Translations under genes and position numbers: made by a program
Part shown: positions 45,501 through 60,500 of the stretch, piece after piece
Position numbering within the stretch: the stretch's first letter is position 1
Layout of the letters: each line of letters starts with the position of its first letter
NCBI GenBank assembly: GCA_009602725.1
Contig: WELB01000012.1
Span: forward strand, 342,250-406,249
Direction of reading: 5' to 3'
Origin: Spirogloea muscicola
Lineage: Eukaryota
DNA: 64,000 nt
The notes under the pieces: model-generated
Told to the model about the DNA's origin: nothing
Database searches by the model: none
The model's input: only the letters and a program-made list of their open reading frames with translations

Positions 45501-48500
45501 AGCAATGGTAGGCTCAGCAGCTGGCAAGGATGATGATGACCCCCTTGGGTTTAAGAAGGCCAACTTTCTGACACAGGAGCGCACTGTGCAGGTAATTATT
45601 TGCATCAGCTCCTTTACTAAGTTTCAAGCATGCAGAGAAAGAAATGAGAAATGCCTGTGAGAAAAGTTGGCCTTCAGAAATATTGCCTTCAGAAAGTCGG
45701 TGCTGGTGTCCTATTCCATCTCAAGTCCACACTTATCACAAGACATCATCAGCATGTAGCCGCGTCAGTCATCATCGTTGTACTGTTTGCTTCGTTGACA
45801 TTGCTTGTGGAGGCCATGATACATGCACAGAAAGTAGGTTGCCCATCTTGGCCTTGATAATATGATCCATCTGATTGCACTGCAGCGTAGGAGAACTATC
45901 TTATCACCCTCTCAGCCGCTCGTTGTGGATCATGCTGGACTTGACAATTATGAGTATGATGGAGGAGGGGGAGTGCTTGTCCTCAAAGGAGAAGATGGAC
46001 ATGACCTTCGAGCAGCGTCTCCTGTGGCTCTCATCATAATTGGCAATAACAAGCAACTGACATTTAAGAACTTGCATATTCAGGTGACTCGCAGCCAGTC
46101 ATCTATAATATACTCTGTCATGCTTTTTGATTGATCCTCTTCGTGGTACTGAACTCCCATCACCTTTGTAGGACAATATAGGCATCTGTAAGGTGAGCGA
46201 GACGCTGATGCCTTCACGGTAGCCTGCAATGCCTTTGAGAAGCTGTGCAGAAGCCTGCTGCAAAAGACTCACTCTGTGATTGTCCTCAGAACGGGGAGTA
46301 CTTGGACTCTGCAGTACGACTTGGCTGTGGCAGTAGCTACAGCGCCCTTGCTGAGGACAATGTCCAGCTGAGCGGGCCTTCCAAATTGTCTAGCTTTGCT
46401 GATCAACTGAGGACAAGACTGCCTGATGTGAAGGCTGTCAAAGATTCAGCACACAAGGAAGAAGGAACTGCTCCCAACAATCTCTCACTTGACATTCAGG
46501 TATCTTTACATGATTTGAGTGTGTAAGTGTGGAAAGAAAAGTGTCTCGACACAACAATGCTTGCAGCAGGAAGCACCTAAAGCTGTAAGGTTGTTGGTAG
46601 ACGTAATTGACCAAGCCCTCAATGTCTAGGCACTTGGCTCGGAGTTTACATTTTATGACAGCACAAAGTGGCCTGTTGAGGTCCTGCTCCACCCAGAGGT
46701 CATGCTTCGTGCACGAGTGAGCATCTTTGGCAGGTGAGGAAGCAACGGCTATTGGGCTAGATGTTAGCATGCTGCAGCTATGGTTTCCATATGACCTGTG
46801 CAGATGGATGGAGAGTAAGACACAAGTATGAGTAATGCAGGCAATACACCAGATAGCAATTCTCACTTCTTTTTGTGCAGCATTCAGCCCTGTTTAGAAA
46901 AGCCCAAACCACATGCACAGTTTTTGTGCAAAATGCAGTAGAGATGCCCTATGACGTCACGTCAAAAGTTTCTTAAATGTCCCCTATCTGTGCAAAGTTT
47001 GATTCATGCAAGGTCCTCTTTCCAGGTGTGCTATGAGAGGAAGTGATCTTGAGTTCAATGCCAGGGTGAAGAGCCTTGACATTATATCCTCCACGGGGTT
47101 GAATGTTCTGGAGCCTTTCAATACTGTACTGAGTTACTCAAGGGTAGCAGGGAGACAGAATGTCACTGTCAGCGCAACAGATATTGTGACCAATCTCTCT
47201 TTCAGTGTAATACGACTGATGTACCGACTCAGTGCTGACTATATGCACCTGCTGCATATAACATCTGAGGACTTCACTGTGCCCTGTGGCCAGTTTGACA
47301 AGATCTGGTCGGACAGTGGTAAGCGCTCGAACACAAATGCTTGCGCCGTATAGTCTGCACTATCAATTCATATATCTTGTTTCATGCCTGCTGCTGGCCA
47401 GGTGGCTCTGGCATTCTCGATGCCTTCATAAATATGTTCAATTCTGTTAAACAAGAGATATTGGCCAGAGCCCAATCCTAAGGAATGCGTTCTTTGGAGC
47501 ATTGCCTTGACCACAGCTGTCATCTGATGATTTGTGTGCTTGTAACTCTAAATCCAAGCAGTGGGCCACACGGGACAGCGGTTGGCATTCTGGCGCCCAC
47601 GTGCTCCTCCGGGCTTTGCTTCGCTTGGTGACTGTGTGACTTCTCAGTGAGCACCTTGCCTTCTGGACAGTGCAGAGCTTACATAGCTCGAGCCTGTTGC
47701 ATCTCTACAAAGTCTAGCAGGACATCAGAGAAGAGCTTGTTGGCATGAAGTCATATACACGTACTACTATTTGTACAAGCTGCAGTGGCAAGATGTCTCA
47801 GAGTATTGGGATATTTCAGCTGAAACTTGGTACTGGAATTTACAGCAAGGACACACTGATGGACAATGATGTGTTACTTGGGTTGACATCTATTTTTGTA
47901 TTTGCACCTTCTGCAGTGACTTACCTCCGACACAGACAGTCCTGGCAGTCAACCTTGGTCAAAACCTAGCAAGAAAGCCCGTCTCTTTTGAGCTTGTCTG
48001 GTCAACAAGGGAGGAACCAGCTGGTCAAACTTCTCTGCATAAGTCTGGGCAAAGTGCAAATCAGTGCTATGTCTGGAAACCACATCCACCACATGGATAC
48101 ATGGCATTGGGTTATGTAGCAACAACAGAAGATGGTCCTCCTCCACTTAGCTCATTGTACTGCGTCGTGGAAACGCTGATTACGCCATCCACTTACCTTC
48201 GGGATTGCATCTATCTTCCCAATCCCAGCATTAGGTAATACTGTGATTATTCTGCAGTTAGTCAATTGCTCTTTCACAGGATCTTTCAACTGCTTCATTG
48301 CTGGGAGTGTGAATTTATAGATAGCCTATCAAGTTTGCACCTCAAATTCTCATTGCCAGTCAATTCTTGAGCAGGAATTTGAATGCTGCTTTCTGGCGTA
48401 TAGACAACGGGGCTAATTCTTTTGTTGTACGAGACACTAATTCCCTGCATAACCTTCAAGCCTTCAACATACGGAGGCCTATGGCAGAGAAGACAGCTGT

Positions 48501-51500
48501 CACTTTGGCCTACAATTCATTGTCCTCTGGCAGCGCTTCCACTTCCGGCTCAGCTGAGTCGCTTTCATTACTTGACAATCCAAGTTCAGCTATTTTGGCC
48601 TCTTCAAGATATAGATCTGGCCGCTTTTATGAGAATGTGGGTACATTCTCTCGCATATGGTGGAACAAAGGTAGTAGTTCGCAGCAAAGTATCTCCATCT
48701 GGAGACCATCTCCACCCCAGGGTTACGCCATACTTGGTGATGTCTCTGTCACAGGGTAAGTGTTCTTACCCTGTGTGTGTGTACCAAATTTAATGCAATT
48801 GTACCAATGTCTTCCACTACAACAAGTCCTCCTGTTCAAGTATGGTGAGGCGTCGGCACAGAAGTCAGACGAGGTGCCTCATAAGGTCGTAGGTGAAATA
48901 CGTTGTCCATGTCCAACAGCTGATGATCTTGAAACAATTTCAGGTATGAGCCTCCAAGCCTGGTGGTGGTTGTGCAAGACATAGATGATGGACGATTAGC
49001 TCTACCTGAGAAGTTCCTCGAGAAGGGGCACTTTGCAAAGGGCAAGATTATGGAGGACGTTACCTTCTGGTACCCTGTAGCGCCCAGTGGGTACAAGGCT
49101 CTCGGCTTCATCTGCAGTCGAGGCAGAAAGCCTCCGGATTCAGATACAGTGCGGTGTGTCCGTGATGATCTTGTCCAGCAGGTCAAATTTGCCCCCAGGA
49201 GTCAGTGGAGTAACGAGGGCAGTCGAGGATCTGCTCGAGGCAGCATTTGGCAAGCAGACAATAAGGTTTGCAGCAGGAGTTGGTCGCATCGGAATCTGCT
49301 TCCACTCCTTGCCTGAGTTGCTGGTCATGTTGTGCTTGTCTGAACTGTAATAACAGACAGATCCCAAGCTTACTGCGTCTGCTCTCCCATACATGGCAGG
49401 CACATACTTTCTTCTTTCAGCAGGGACTTGATGCTCCTCAGAAATGGCTTGCCTATGGGCTTGTAGACCTCAACAAGCCAAAGCTTGCAGACAGCATCAT
49501 CCTCGAGCTCCACCTCACTGGCGTGTCTACAACTTTCTATGACGATTTTGGTGGCCTTGTATGGTGTCCTTTATGCCCTTCTTCTTGATGTAATCTCAGC
49601 TTGGTTGCCCATAGGTTCCGCGAGGAGTCGAGGTCGTCACACGTTTCGGACAGTGATATGAGAGCAGGAGCCGCATAGCTGGCCTGAATTTCAGGGTTCT
49701 TGAACATATCCAGTGTCTTTGTTTTGTAGCCTTGGTTATACACGTCACATTCAGCAAAAGGATGAGCAGGTAGCAGGCTTTAGAGTGGTTGTCCTGCTGC
49801 CAGATGGTCAAGTCAGTATGCTGCTGATGACTTTGACATGCATTATGCAGATGGCCCCCTTAGTGGATGCCACAATGTCAAACACGGTCATAAGTGTTCA
49901 TGGTCGACCGGAGATCCTGAGTGTCAATGGCAAGATAACTTTTGCCGCTTCTTCCTTCAATGGAAGAACCGACGCTTGGGAGCCTTTGATGGAGCCCTTG
50001 ACGGGATTTTCGAGGTAGCTAAGGACACCTGCAATGCCGTTTCAAGCCTTGTCAAGGAAGGATACTCAATGGCATGGGTGTTCATGTGAACAAGGAAAAG
50101 AACTACCATTTTCACAACTATAGAAACTTTGCCAGTCCGATGTGACAATCTGACATTTGTAACCTTTCACAGGTATGAGTACAACAATGAAAGGTCTGAG
50201 GCTGCTCTACCTGCCGGCTCAACTGTGAGGCTGTCCACGACAAGCGATGTCAATGTCAATTTCTCCTCGGCCAACATAAATTTGCTTCTGGAAGCGTATG
50301 CTAGCTGGACAAGACTAGCCAAGATCGAAGAAGAGGCCAAACGGCAGTTTCACCTGGTAATACTTGGCCAGGCTAGGGCTATGCTACAACAAGACTGCCC
50401 TGTGGTTGCTGCATCACTCTCTATGATAAGCCCATCCAGTGTCAAAATTGGAAACTCTCCTTTAGCAGTCTACCACGTTGGCGCAATGCTGGTATATTGC
50501 AATCTTTGAAGAGCAATTCAATAGCTACATCTGACACATGTACTGGCTTTTGTTGAACAGAAAATACTGGAAGAACAGGAAGAGACAGAGACTGATGAGA
50601 ATGGGCCATCAGCTGTCCTCTCACAGCTCAGGCGCGCATACATTGTCAAACACAATCAGCTTGGGCACGAGGTGTTTGTACGCGTGGTAGAGTCAAACTC
50701 AAAGCCGAGAGTGTTCCCACTGCCTTCAGGCGGAATTGCGTCTGTAACACTGCCTCCCAGAAGAGTAGTCTGGGACCCCACTACTGGAAGAGAAATAAAG
50801 CGATTGGCAAGGAAGTACTTGGCTTGCAGGATTGGTGGAGTTGAGGTATGGCTTGCATATCTACAATACCTACATCAGTGCATTGGTAGGATTCAAGTAG
50901 CTATTTAGCAACATGGCAGATGCCACTAGCTAGAGATGACCTATAGGTAGTGTTTGCAAGGTCAATATAGTCTTGTGCCTTTCTGCTTCTCTGTAGGTTG
51001 ATGCATAGCTTACCTGCTGGCTGCTCTTAAAGTTGGTAGAAATGTAATGCCTGGTATGTTCAATTTACAGTTTCCTGATGTTGGTAATGTTGGGGAGCAA
51101 GAGTACTGCTGTACTCTCCGACTAGTACATAGAAGCCTTCAATCTGAGCCTCAATCTGCACAAAGTGCACGCACACGCTGCTCATCCCCCACCATAGTAT
51201 CCGGAGAAGGGCAAAGCAAGATCCTTTCTGTAACTTGGGATGAGGTCTTTATGTTTGAGATGATATCCGAGGTGGGCATGCGTACCGCATACTTATTTTG
51301 TTTCTCATTTGAACTTGCACAATAACGTTGATGGCTAGAATGCTGGGTCCGTACACATTGTGAGCTTGACTAAGCACTGACTGAATAGCCTCCTTCGGGC
51401 CTCTCTTTGACATTATCAGGATGACGACGCGCTTGAATGCCTGGTGGTCAATGTGGCGACAGGTCATGCCTCAATCCTTGAGACAATTTCGATCTAGGGT

Positions 51501-54500
51501 CATAAATTGCAGCTGTGCCGTCTTCTTATCTGGTCGTAAGCTAGTATACATTGTAATCTAGAAAAAATAACTATTTAAAATAGATCACTGCTGCTGAGAC
51601 TGTTGCTTTCAATCTCTCAGGTGCACCAGTAGGGGTGTTCTCTTGCCCACTACAGGAAGAGGCAAATACAAAATGGCGAGTCATTAGCACAAGGTTGAGG
51701 AAGAAAGTAGCGCTAAACTCTTGGCCGCGCTTAGAGCTACAGCGCCATCCCTTGTCATCACTACAGGCAGGCCAGGTATGTCATACATGTCAGCCTCAGT
51801 CAGTCTTTACTTTAAGCTGGACACTCCTTGTTGCCTTTTGCTGCAGATACTAGGACCCAGCACAATATCTGGAATTCTCTTGTCTTTATTTCTCCAATAT
51901 CGAAATTCAGATGTCTTGTATCAATCTCTTTGTTGCAGGCATCATCAGGCAGCAGCCCAGGCACGTTGAGCTTGTCATATTACTTCTTTGTTGTTGACGG
52001 AGATGCTGGACAGCAGTCACTACAAGAAGAACTTGAATCCAATGCAAGTGGCGACGAGCCGGGAACAATACAAGTTGGCTATCACGAAACTGGTCCATGG
52101 GTCAAGATCGGCTCCATGTATTCGCAGGGTGCCGTTCCTTGGGTCATTGGAGAAGAACAGGTCGCAAGTGAGACAAAAGTGGAGAGGGGAGTAAAACATC
52201 TCGTTGTCCGTTCTCTTGTCGTAGTTGTGAATGATACAGATCTTCCTATTGCGGTTTGCCTTTGTCCAAGGTCATTGCTGTGCAGCGATCTAGTAGGCCA
52301 AAGTGACGGCAATTCGGGCGGTGCTCGCTCATCACAATGGCAGACCGTGGTGCTGGAGGAGGTTTTTGAGAACCAGAGGTACCAGCCTGTGGCTGGGTGG
52401 GGCAGCTCATGGCCAGGACACCTGTTCCTGACTGATCCGAAACGCTGGAGCGATCGAAACTTCAAGCAGAGCTCTCAGGTGAGGAATGGCTAGAATGACA
52501 ACAGTGCCTGCCCATCTCTCCCTGTTATTCAACGGTCAACCTTTGCTGTGGTAGTTGGTGACGCTCACCAAAGCATGCTCTCATTGAGGCAGGAGTTTCT
52601 GGAGCCCCCGCTGCCTGCTGGCTGGGAGTGGACAAGTGACTGGCAAGTGGAAAGGGCAGGGCATGTCAACAGGGAGGGGTGGGCGTACGCACCAGCTTTC
52701 AGAATATCTCATTGGCCTCCCTCTGCTAAAGCACGTCGTCGAGGAGTGTTGGACTTTACTAGGCGGAGAAGGTGGGTGAGGACGAGAGAACGAGTTGCTG
52801 GCGCAGGTGGTGAAGATAGGATGATTGTGGGTGTGCTTCAGCCAGGGGAGGATGTCCCTTTGCCATCTGCTTGCCTTCGTCGATCAAGCGCTGATTACTG
52901 CATACAGGTACACTGTACGTGTTAGTCAGAGATCATTAGCCTCAAGATGGTGTAAATGCATCTGTGTGTCACGCCCTGATCAATGAGACTTTCCTTTGTA
53001 ACACTGTAAATACTTTACTTTAAGATTTGCTCTCGTTGTCAACATATGAATGTGAAAATAAGTGGTGCACTGCAGGTGCGGCCATACGAGGGTGGAGATG
53101 TCACAACAGCCCAGCATGATTGGAGTGTGGCTGTTCGTGTACGTGTCAAAAAGAGGTCACATGAAAGGGTCCCTGCATGGGAATTTAGGGCAAGAGCATT
53201 GTCCGAGACATGCGAGCTGGTTCGCTGCACTCTTGCTGAAGGCGACCCTAAATCCTGCAGACAGGAGTCAGGTGGTGTGCATGCTGGGAGCTTAGAAAAT
53301 ATGCAGAACAGGACAAATGCGGCCGAAACGTGCAGTGTCCAGCAAGAATCAGTATCCTCAATGCATGGAGGCCATGCTGTAGGCACTACCAGCGAAGGCA
53401 TCCTTGAAGGGCAATCAAATGCGGCTGGCAGCAGAATTCTGGATCTTGGGAAGGAGCTGGTGTGGCTAAGCATGGAGGCCTCCTGCAAGACTCTTGGATT
53501 AGTAGGAGCTCAAGAGACTGCTAAGGACTGGAGGGTCACTATACGTCCTCCTATCTTAATTGAAAATCTGTTGCCCGTGGCTGGTACCTTGCGCCTATGG
53601 GAGAAGCCAATGGATTCCTCAAATCTTATAATTCGCTGCGAGGGCAACTTGGGTGCTGGACAACAGACCGGGACTTGCTTTGCTGACCTCAGGCAGACAC
53701 TCTATCTCTCATTCGTTCCAGAGGGTGGTTGGACCGCCTCACAGGTACAGATGCAGCAAGTTGCTGTGTTGTCACGATATAACCATTTCATGTTGCCCAC
53801 TTTGAAATGTTTGGCTGGTCGAATGCAGTGGCAGGATAAAGTAGCCATGGCAAGTCTCTTCTGCTGTATACAGTGTTCAAGTTGTAGAACCGTCAGCTGA
53901 GGCCCTTCTGTCCATGTACCTATGTACACTTGCAGGAACACTGCATGATATCACACCCCTACAAGGAGGTCGCGAAAAGCATAAATTTCTTCAACAAACG
54001 CACGGGAAGGTGCTCAAGTGAAAAGCATGCAATTGAATAGAGCTGGTGCTCAGCTATAGTGACTAGCAACTCAAAGCAACATTGAGCTGGTTGGGTGAAC
54101 AGCCACCATGAATATGCGCCTGTATCTCACTCACTTGCTCATGTATGTAAATGCAGGAGATTAAAAGTAGCAGTAGAACAGAAGGTGGGCTCCCATGCGG
54201 GTGCAGCCAAGGTTGTCTCTCTATCAGTGCCCTGTTGGTTGGACGTGGTCAACTGCCCTCCACTTGCATTCAGACTTGTGGAACTTCAGACGGACAAGCG
54301 TCCACAGCACAGCAAAGATGTGACTATTGGTGCTAGCCTTCGGAAGACAACAAGTAGGCAACTCAATCGCGTGAAGCAATCTCTTAAGATGCCCTCTTTA
54401 GTTGAGGAGGTGACCGAGGTGGAGATTGTTGATCAGCCTACCATGCTTTCCAAATGTAATGTTGAGACTATGGGACTCATTGTGGGTCTGAGGGGCGAGT

Positions 54501-57500
54501 ACGAAAGCGACTTTGGTCCTCCAACACCCATTGCAAGTTTTGAGGTATGTTGGATACATTCTCAAGGCCACTTGTGTAGCTCCTATTTGTACTTTTGCTG
54601 CAGACACTCATGCTTTTGCAGCTGGGAATTGTGCATCCTGGCACAGCACTGCGGGTGAATCAAGCAAGGATGTCTTTCCCCAGCGCAGCTTTGACGTTGT
54701 GTGATCTGCGTCATCATTGCAGGATGAGCAAGTAGAGATACGAGCAAGTGCAAAGGGAGGGTGGTTCATGAGATTGATGGTGACCTTGGATGTCTGCCCT
54801 TATGCAACTGAGAATGTGAAGGTAGAGATTTTTCAACCTTTTTTCAGCAGATGAATGTCCAATTCATAATGTAGGTGCAAATCTGACTTAATTGCGGTAA
54901 CACAATTTGTCTAGTTGCTTACATATTCCAACTTGTGTGGGCAGGTCATCAAACTCCGACCATATGTAGTTTTCACCAACAGGCTCGGGCAGCCAGTGCA
55001 TTTCCGGCAGAGTAATGTGGAATCTTACAGCAAAGTCTTTAATCAGGACGATTGGCGAGTATGGTGTCTTTCAATGGCAAGTGAGCAGGCACAGATTGGT
55101 CAGGTACCAAACCGAAGTCCTCTCCCTTCACATTCTTCAAGCCTCGGAACTAGTATGTCAATTGTTGAGGACATGACATGGCACTGAATTCATAAGGTCA
55201 CAGGTGGTGCTTTTCGTCTGACTACTGTGAAGTGCTGCACTGACTAGCTTGGTGACAGAGGCTACAAGCTAAAGTAGTTCTACCAGCTGGACAAGTGTAA
55301 TGAATGGATGAAATTTGTGATCATGATGGCAGCTGAAGACAAACAGCAGTGACTGGAGTCAGCCATTTGCAATGTCCGAGGAAGGAGTAACACATCTAGT
55401 AGTCAGAGGAAAGGGGTCGAAAGGAGTGCAGACCTTGCGGTTAGATGTTCACAGTGGTGAAGGCGAATCACGATATGTTGTGGCCATCCGTTGTAGTGCA
55501 CAACCTCCATTTCGGTACGCGGCACACTCAGCAGTATCTACCTCTGGTGCACTCATCCTCTCATCGACTGTATCGTGCAGCATAACGGTGTGCATAAGCA
55601 GAATCAAGCTTAAATCTCTGCCATGCTTGTAATCTCATCTAAGTACGACAATGCAGGGTCGAGAATCGTTCTATGAAGACTATCATTGAGTTTCGGCAAT
55701 CTGGGTCAGACATCCTACCATTTCACCGCCTGGAGCCCCACTCTACAGCCGCTTTCGCTTGGGAGATACCTCTGGGAGAGAAGATCTTGGACATACAGGT
55801 GGTTGGAGACCAGCACGTGATGGGGAAGTATAACATCGAGAGTGTGGGGGAGCACTTCCCTTTGGTTGTTGTCAATGCGACAGAAGGTGCTGAATTTTTG
55901 GGTCTGTCAGTGGATGTAATCATCGAAGGAGCTGTCAAAGTGGTGTGGATTGGGGACTGGAAGGGATCTCCTGATCAAGCAGGCGGTGCAGGTCATGCTT
56001 TTTCTCAAAATGAGGACAGGGATGGTCGATGCAACAGTCTCAAGTCAGGACTTGATGCAGCTGCTGAGAAGGAGAAGGGGGGAAAACGTATGCGCAGTGG
56101 CAACGCACAAATGCATAAGGAGCTCATTTTAGACATTGATAGTTTAGGATTGGCTATCATTGATCACCGGCCTCAGGAGCTTTTATTCTTGTCAATGAGG
56201 AGCCTTTTGGTCACTCTATCAAGTTCTGGCACTGGCCTCAGCAGGTACTGCAACGTGATCCAACACATTGTAGACCTTCTATCGACATTGGACTTGCGGC
56301 CTTGCGGATAGTCCTTAGAGGCATTTTCACCAACACTTGGTCCTGACTTATATACTCTCAGCTAAGAACAGTCTGTCAAAACAGCAGTCACCAGGCCTAG
56401 AGGCCAGATTGATTGTCAAAGGGTTTCCAGTGCTCTGCCAAGGACTATTTTTCCGTCAAAGTATGATGCAGATGGACTGACATATGCAGGTTCAAGATGT
56501 CGCTTGGTAAAGTACAACTTGACAATCAGCTCTTCAATACCTCGTTACCTGTAATATTAGCACCTGAACACAGTAGCGATGGAGATGAGGCTTCTGCTCT
56601 GAGAGCTGTAGTTACTGTGCGTGATGAAGCGATGGAGGGTACAATTGTGTATGAGTATATTGGAATTCAGGTATGACCGTGGAACCAAGATCCTCAAGTC
56701 AGTGATGTTCTCCTTTTTTATTTGTGGCTTCACACCACGATATCCAGTGCGCAAAGAGAAGTGCCTTTCCTGTAGGGGCAGTGGCTGTGGATGATGACAT
56801 CAAGCCAATGATCTATGCAGGTGGTGGACGAGCCGTGGAGAATCAACCTCCACGAGCCTATCATCTGGCGTCTGATGGAGCTCTATCAAACATTGAATCT
56901 GGACCGCATTTCTGGTGTAGGAGACGAGGGTGCACCAGTCAATGTGGATCCTAATGTCAGGATAAAGTAAGATAATTGCTCTTCTGTTTCTGCTATAAGC
57001 ACCTCGATGTTTGTGTTAAATAGATTACTAACCTTATGCAGTGCTCTTGAGCATTGTCTTCTGACAAGAATGTTTGCACACAGGCACTTTCAGTGATACG
57101 CACTTCCAGTTATAGTGAACAACAATTGGCAATTGGTTGATGTTGTCATCTTCTTTTCTAACATTCGTGTTCATGGTCCATAAAGAGTCGATGTTGTCAC
57201 CATCTTCTGTCAAACATTCATCTCCATGGTCCATAATTAGTCACAGGTGCAGCGGGTAGTCAGCAAGTGACCACTCAGATTTTGTTGGACAATTGACCTG
57301 TGAGGATGCCGCAAAGACAACTCTGCAAGCTTCTTTGCTTGCTGAGACTCAGGCCTGCGTGGCTTGGCGTTCTATTGTTTGTGGTGATATGCAGCCTCTT
57401 GGATATATCGGAGGTGCGGTTCCGCTTGACCCTCCAGACTGCAGCCGGGACGAGGCCTCACAACCTGCTTGGTGTCTGGGGACCACTTTTGACTACCCTC

Positions 57501-60500
57501 GGCAACACTCACAAGATGCCGGTGCGTGCGCATAAGCCTCTCATAGTCCATATGCCTACGGGTTTGGAGCATGATTTTGCAATGTTCCAGCTTCTCGTTG
57601 CACCTAGATGTTGGGTGCATCACGGCAGTCTTGCTGAACGTGTAGGAAGAAAAGAGTATATAGCTGTTCAAGTAAGAGAATAGCTCATCTCAAATTTGGA
57701 GGCAGTTGTGCTCATCTCTTTCAGATCCACTTTCAGAGCGTTGTGCGGGAGCATCGGTATTTCAGGAAGAGCGCCCTGATGCCAGCAGTAATGGCACGGA
57801 TGAGAAGAGACTTACTTCATCAACCGCTGCGGCTTTTGTCGGGTGTGGACGTCTTAGGCATGACCAGCTCTGCACTGGGTACGTTAAGTAAAGGTGCTGC
57901 AGAGCTTTCTCAGGATGGGAGGTTTATGCGCCTTCGCTCTCACCAAGTGAGCACTGCTCTCAAGAGCTACTCTGGTTTTTCATTTTTATTGTCGTCAAGC
58001 TGTTCATTTACGACATGCATGATGTCTGCTACAATCTTGTTGCTTGTTTGGTCTACAATGGCCTTGGCTTGAGCGACCTTCTTTCAATCAACTCATTTTA
58101 ACTACGTTTTGCATTAAAAACAGGACCGCACAGTCCGCATACGCAACATGGGAGATGGCCTCCTTTATGGCACCGAGGCTGCTGCAAGAGCCTTAGCTCG
58201 AGGCGTGACAGGGTTGGTCACAAGGCCTGTGGCAGGTGCTGTTGCAGGTGGAGTCCCAGGACTGCTGAGAGGAACAGTGAAGGCTGCTGTCAGCGTTGTG
58301 GCGCAGCCAATCAGTGGGATTCTGGACTTCTTTGCTTTGTCAGTAGATGGTCTTGATGCCAGTTGCAATCGCTTCACCGAAGCAGTGACTTCTGAGCAGA
58401 CTCTTCAACGGAAGCGACTTCCCAGGGCCATTGGAGGAGACAAGGTCTTGACACTTTATGACAATAACAAGGCCACTGGCCAGGTAAGGAGTTACTGGTG
58501 TGAGAGAGCAGGATGTTGGACTGTGGAGTTCACATGCATGCCGTTCTAGATACTTCAGAATGTTCATGGGCAGCAATTAGAGAGTAGCAGATAATTTATC
58601 CTGATTTAGACCCTATTATTTGCCATAAGGGTAGCAGATGTGCAGGGCAGCCACTGCCGCTGCCGTGTGCACACCGCACCTCTTCATCCAATGTGCACTT
58701 TGTATGTTCAGGTGATTTTACAGCTGGCAGATGCAGGTGCATACTTTGGAAGGAGGGACATTTTTAGAGATCGAGGCAAATTTTCTGACACAGATGTATA
58801 TGAGTGTCACTTCGATGTTCCCAAGCAGCAGATTGTGATGATTACCAGTCAAAGAGTGATGTTGCTGCAGGTCTGTTCTGGGCCGTACTTAGAAGCTGAA
58901 GCTTCAAGGGCATACTCAAGGATGTGTATTGCAATCTAGATGTCAAATGGACAACAATGCCTGATTGCATTCATAACCACCGGTTTCTTTGTGTTGTCAG
59001 CATTTTGTCACTAGATCAGCGGTCAATATGCTTACATACAGTAGTAGTCAATGTAGTTGTGCTTTTCAGGTTGTAAGTTACGGCAAGTGGTGAAGTCTGT
59101 CCAAGGCTCAGCACAAGGTTACACACTTGATGTAGCTGACACCGCTGATGTGAGCTGGCTTACGTTGCTGTCTGTCATTGCAGCGTCCTCATTCACATAT
59201 GAAAAGTGAAAGACGTATGCTGGTCGATCCATGCGCCGTCATCTGGGACATTCAGTGGATCTACCTCTTAGCAACAGAGTTAGCCTCACCTAAAGGGAGT
59301 TCCCGAGGACCTCCTAGTGAGGTCATCCTCCACGTGCGATACCAGAAGCGTTATCGCCATTCCATTCATTGCTGCCCTTCCGCAAGTGAAGGCGAAACTG
59401 AGGGCCAGGCAACAAAGGTTAGGGATGCAATTGAAGCGGCAAAAGTCATTTTTGGACCAGACAGATCAGCACTGACAACTGAGGTGAGTCGCAGATTATT
59501 GCGGTTGAAGCGGCGAGCGCCTCTTGCCACCTTCCATAGATGGGGGATAGAAATTAAACAAGCCAGGCCACCGTGTTCTTCTCTACTATTACTGCTTAGG
59601 ATGTGAAACGTTTCTGTGCTTCTTGTAATGTTACTGCAGTTTCACAACAGAAGACAAAGTAGACCACGACCAGCCTCGTTTGGTCACCCTATGGGCACAA
59701 GTGGCAGAGAGCGGACTTCAGGGCATGTTGAGGGCACCCAAAGCGCGCGTCCAGCAGATGCTTTGACAAGTCCTGCTCTGCCGCTCTCTTCTTCAAAGTG
59801 GATAACAAGGGAGAATGTCCAGAACACCACAGTCTTTCACTGCATCTGGACGAGTGAGAGGGAGCTTTCTGCATGCCGGGCATGCACTCTGAAGGTGTGT
59901 ACCATGCTCAGAAGCCAGGGAACTTCATGAGTATTCTATCTCACCTGCTCTCCAATATGTCATTGTCAGCTTGTACCCTAGAAGTCAATTATGCACAGGC
60001 TGCTCTTGAAGGAACACTTCTGTGGAGCTGTTGCTCGTGAGCTTTTGTTGCTGGACATGATCTGACTCAGCAAGTCCATCCATCTGCAGCTCACTGGACA
60101 GGAACGAGAAATTCCGATCGCCATCTGGCGACCTGCGCCTGAACCAGGGTATGTGCTTGTGCAATGCATGATTGGATTGTACACCCCAGACTTCTGTCAC
60201 GCTTTTGTTTAATTGTATCAACTGTCTTTCTATCAGAATGCGTCTGACTGCTCTAGAAAGTTTAAAAATTGCTCTAAGTTTGAAAGCTTATACTGCGCAC
60301 TATGCAGCTATGTTGCGGTGGGGGATATACTTCAGCTGGGAAACAATGAGCCCACCATTGCCACAACATACCGAGATGATGGCAGCCGGAAATTTGCAGC
60401 CCCTTGTGGCTTCCAGCTGGTACGGCCAAATGTTCTAGTATACAAGCTTTATTCTTAAGACCCCTATAGGCTGCTTGTGTTACACATCATAAACAATCAG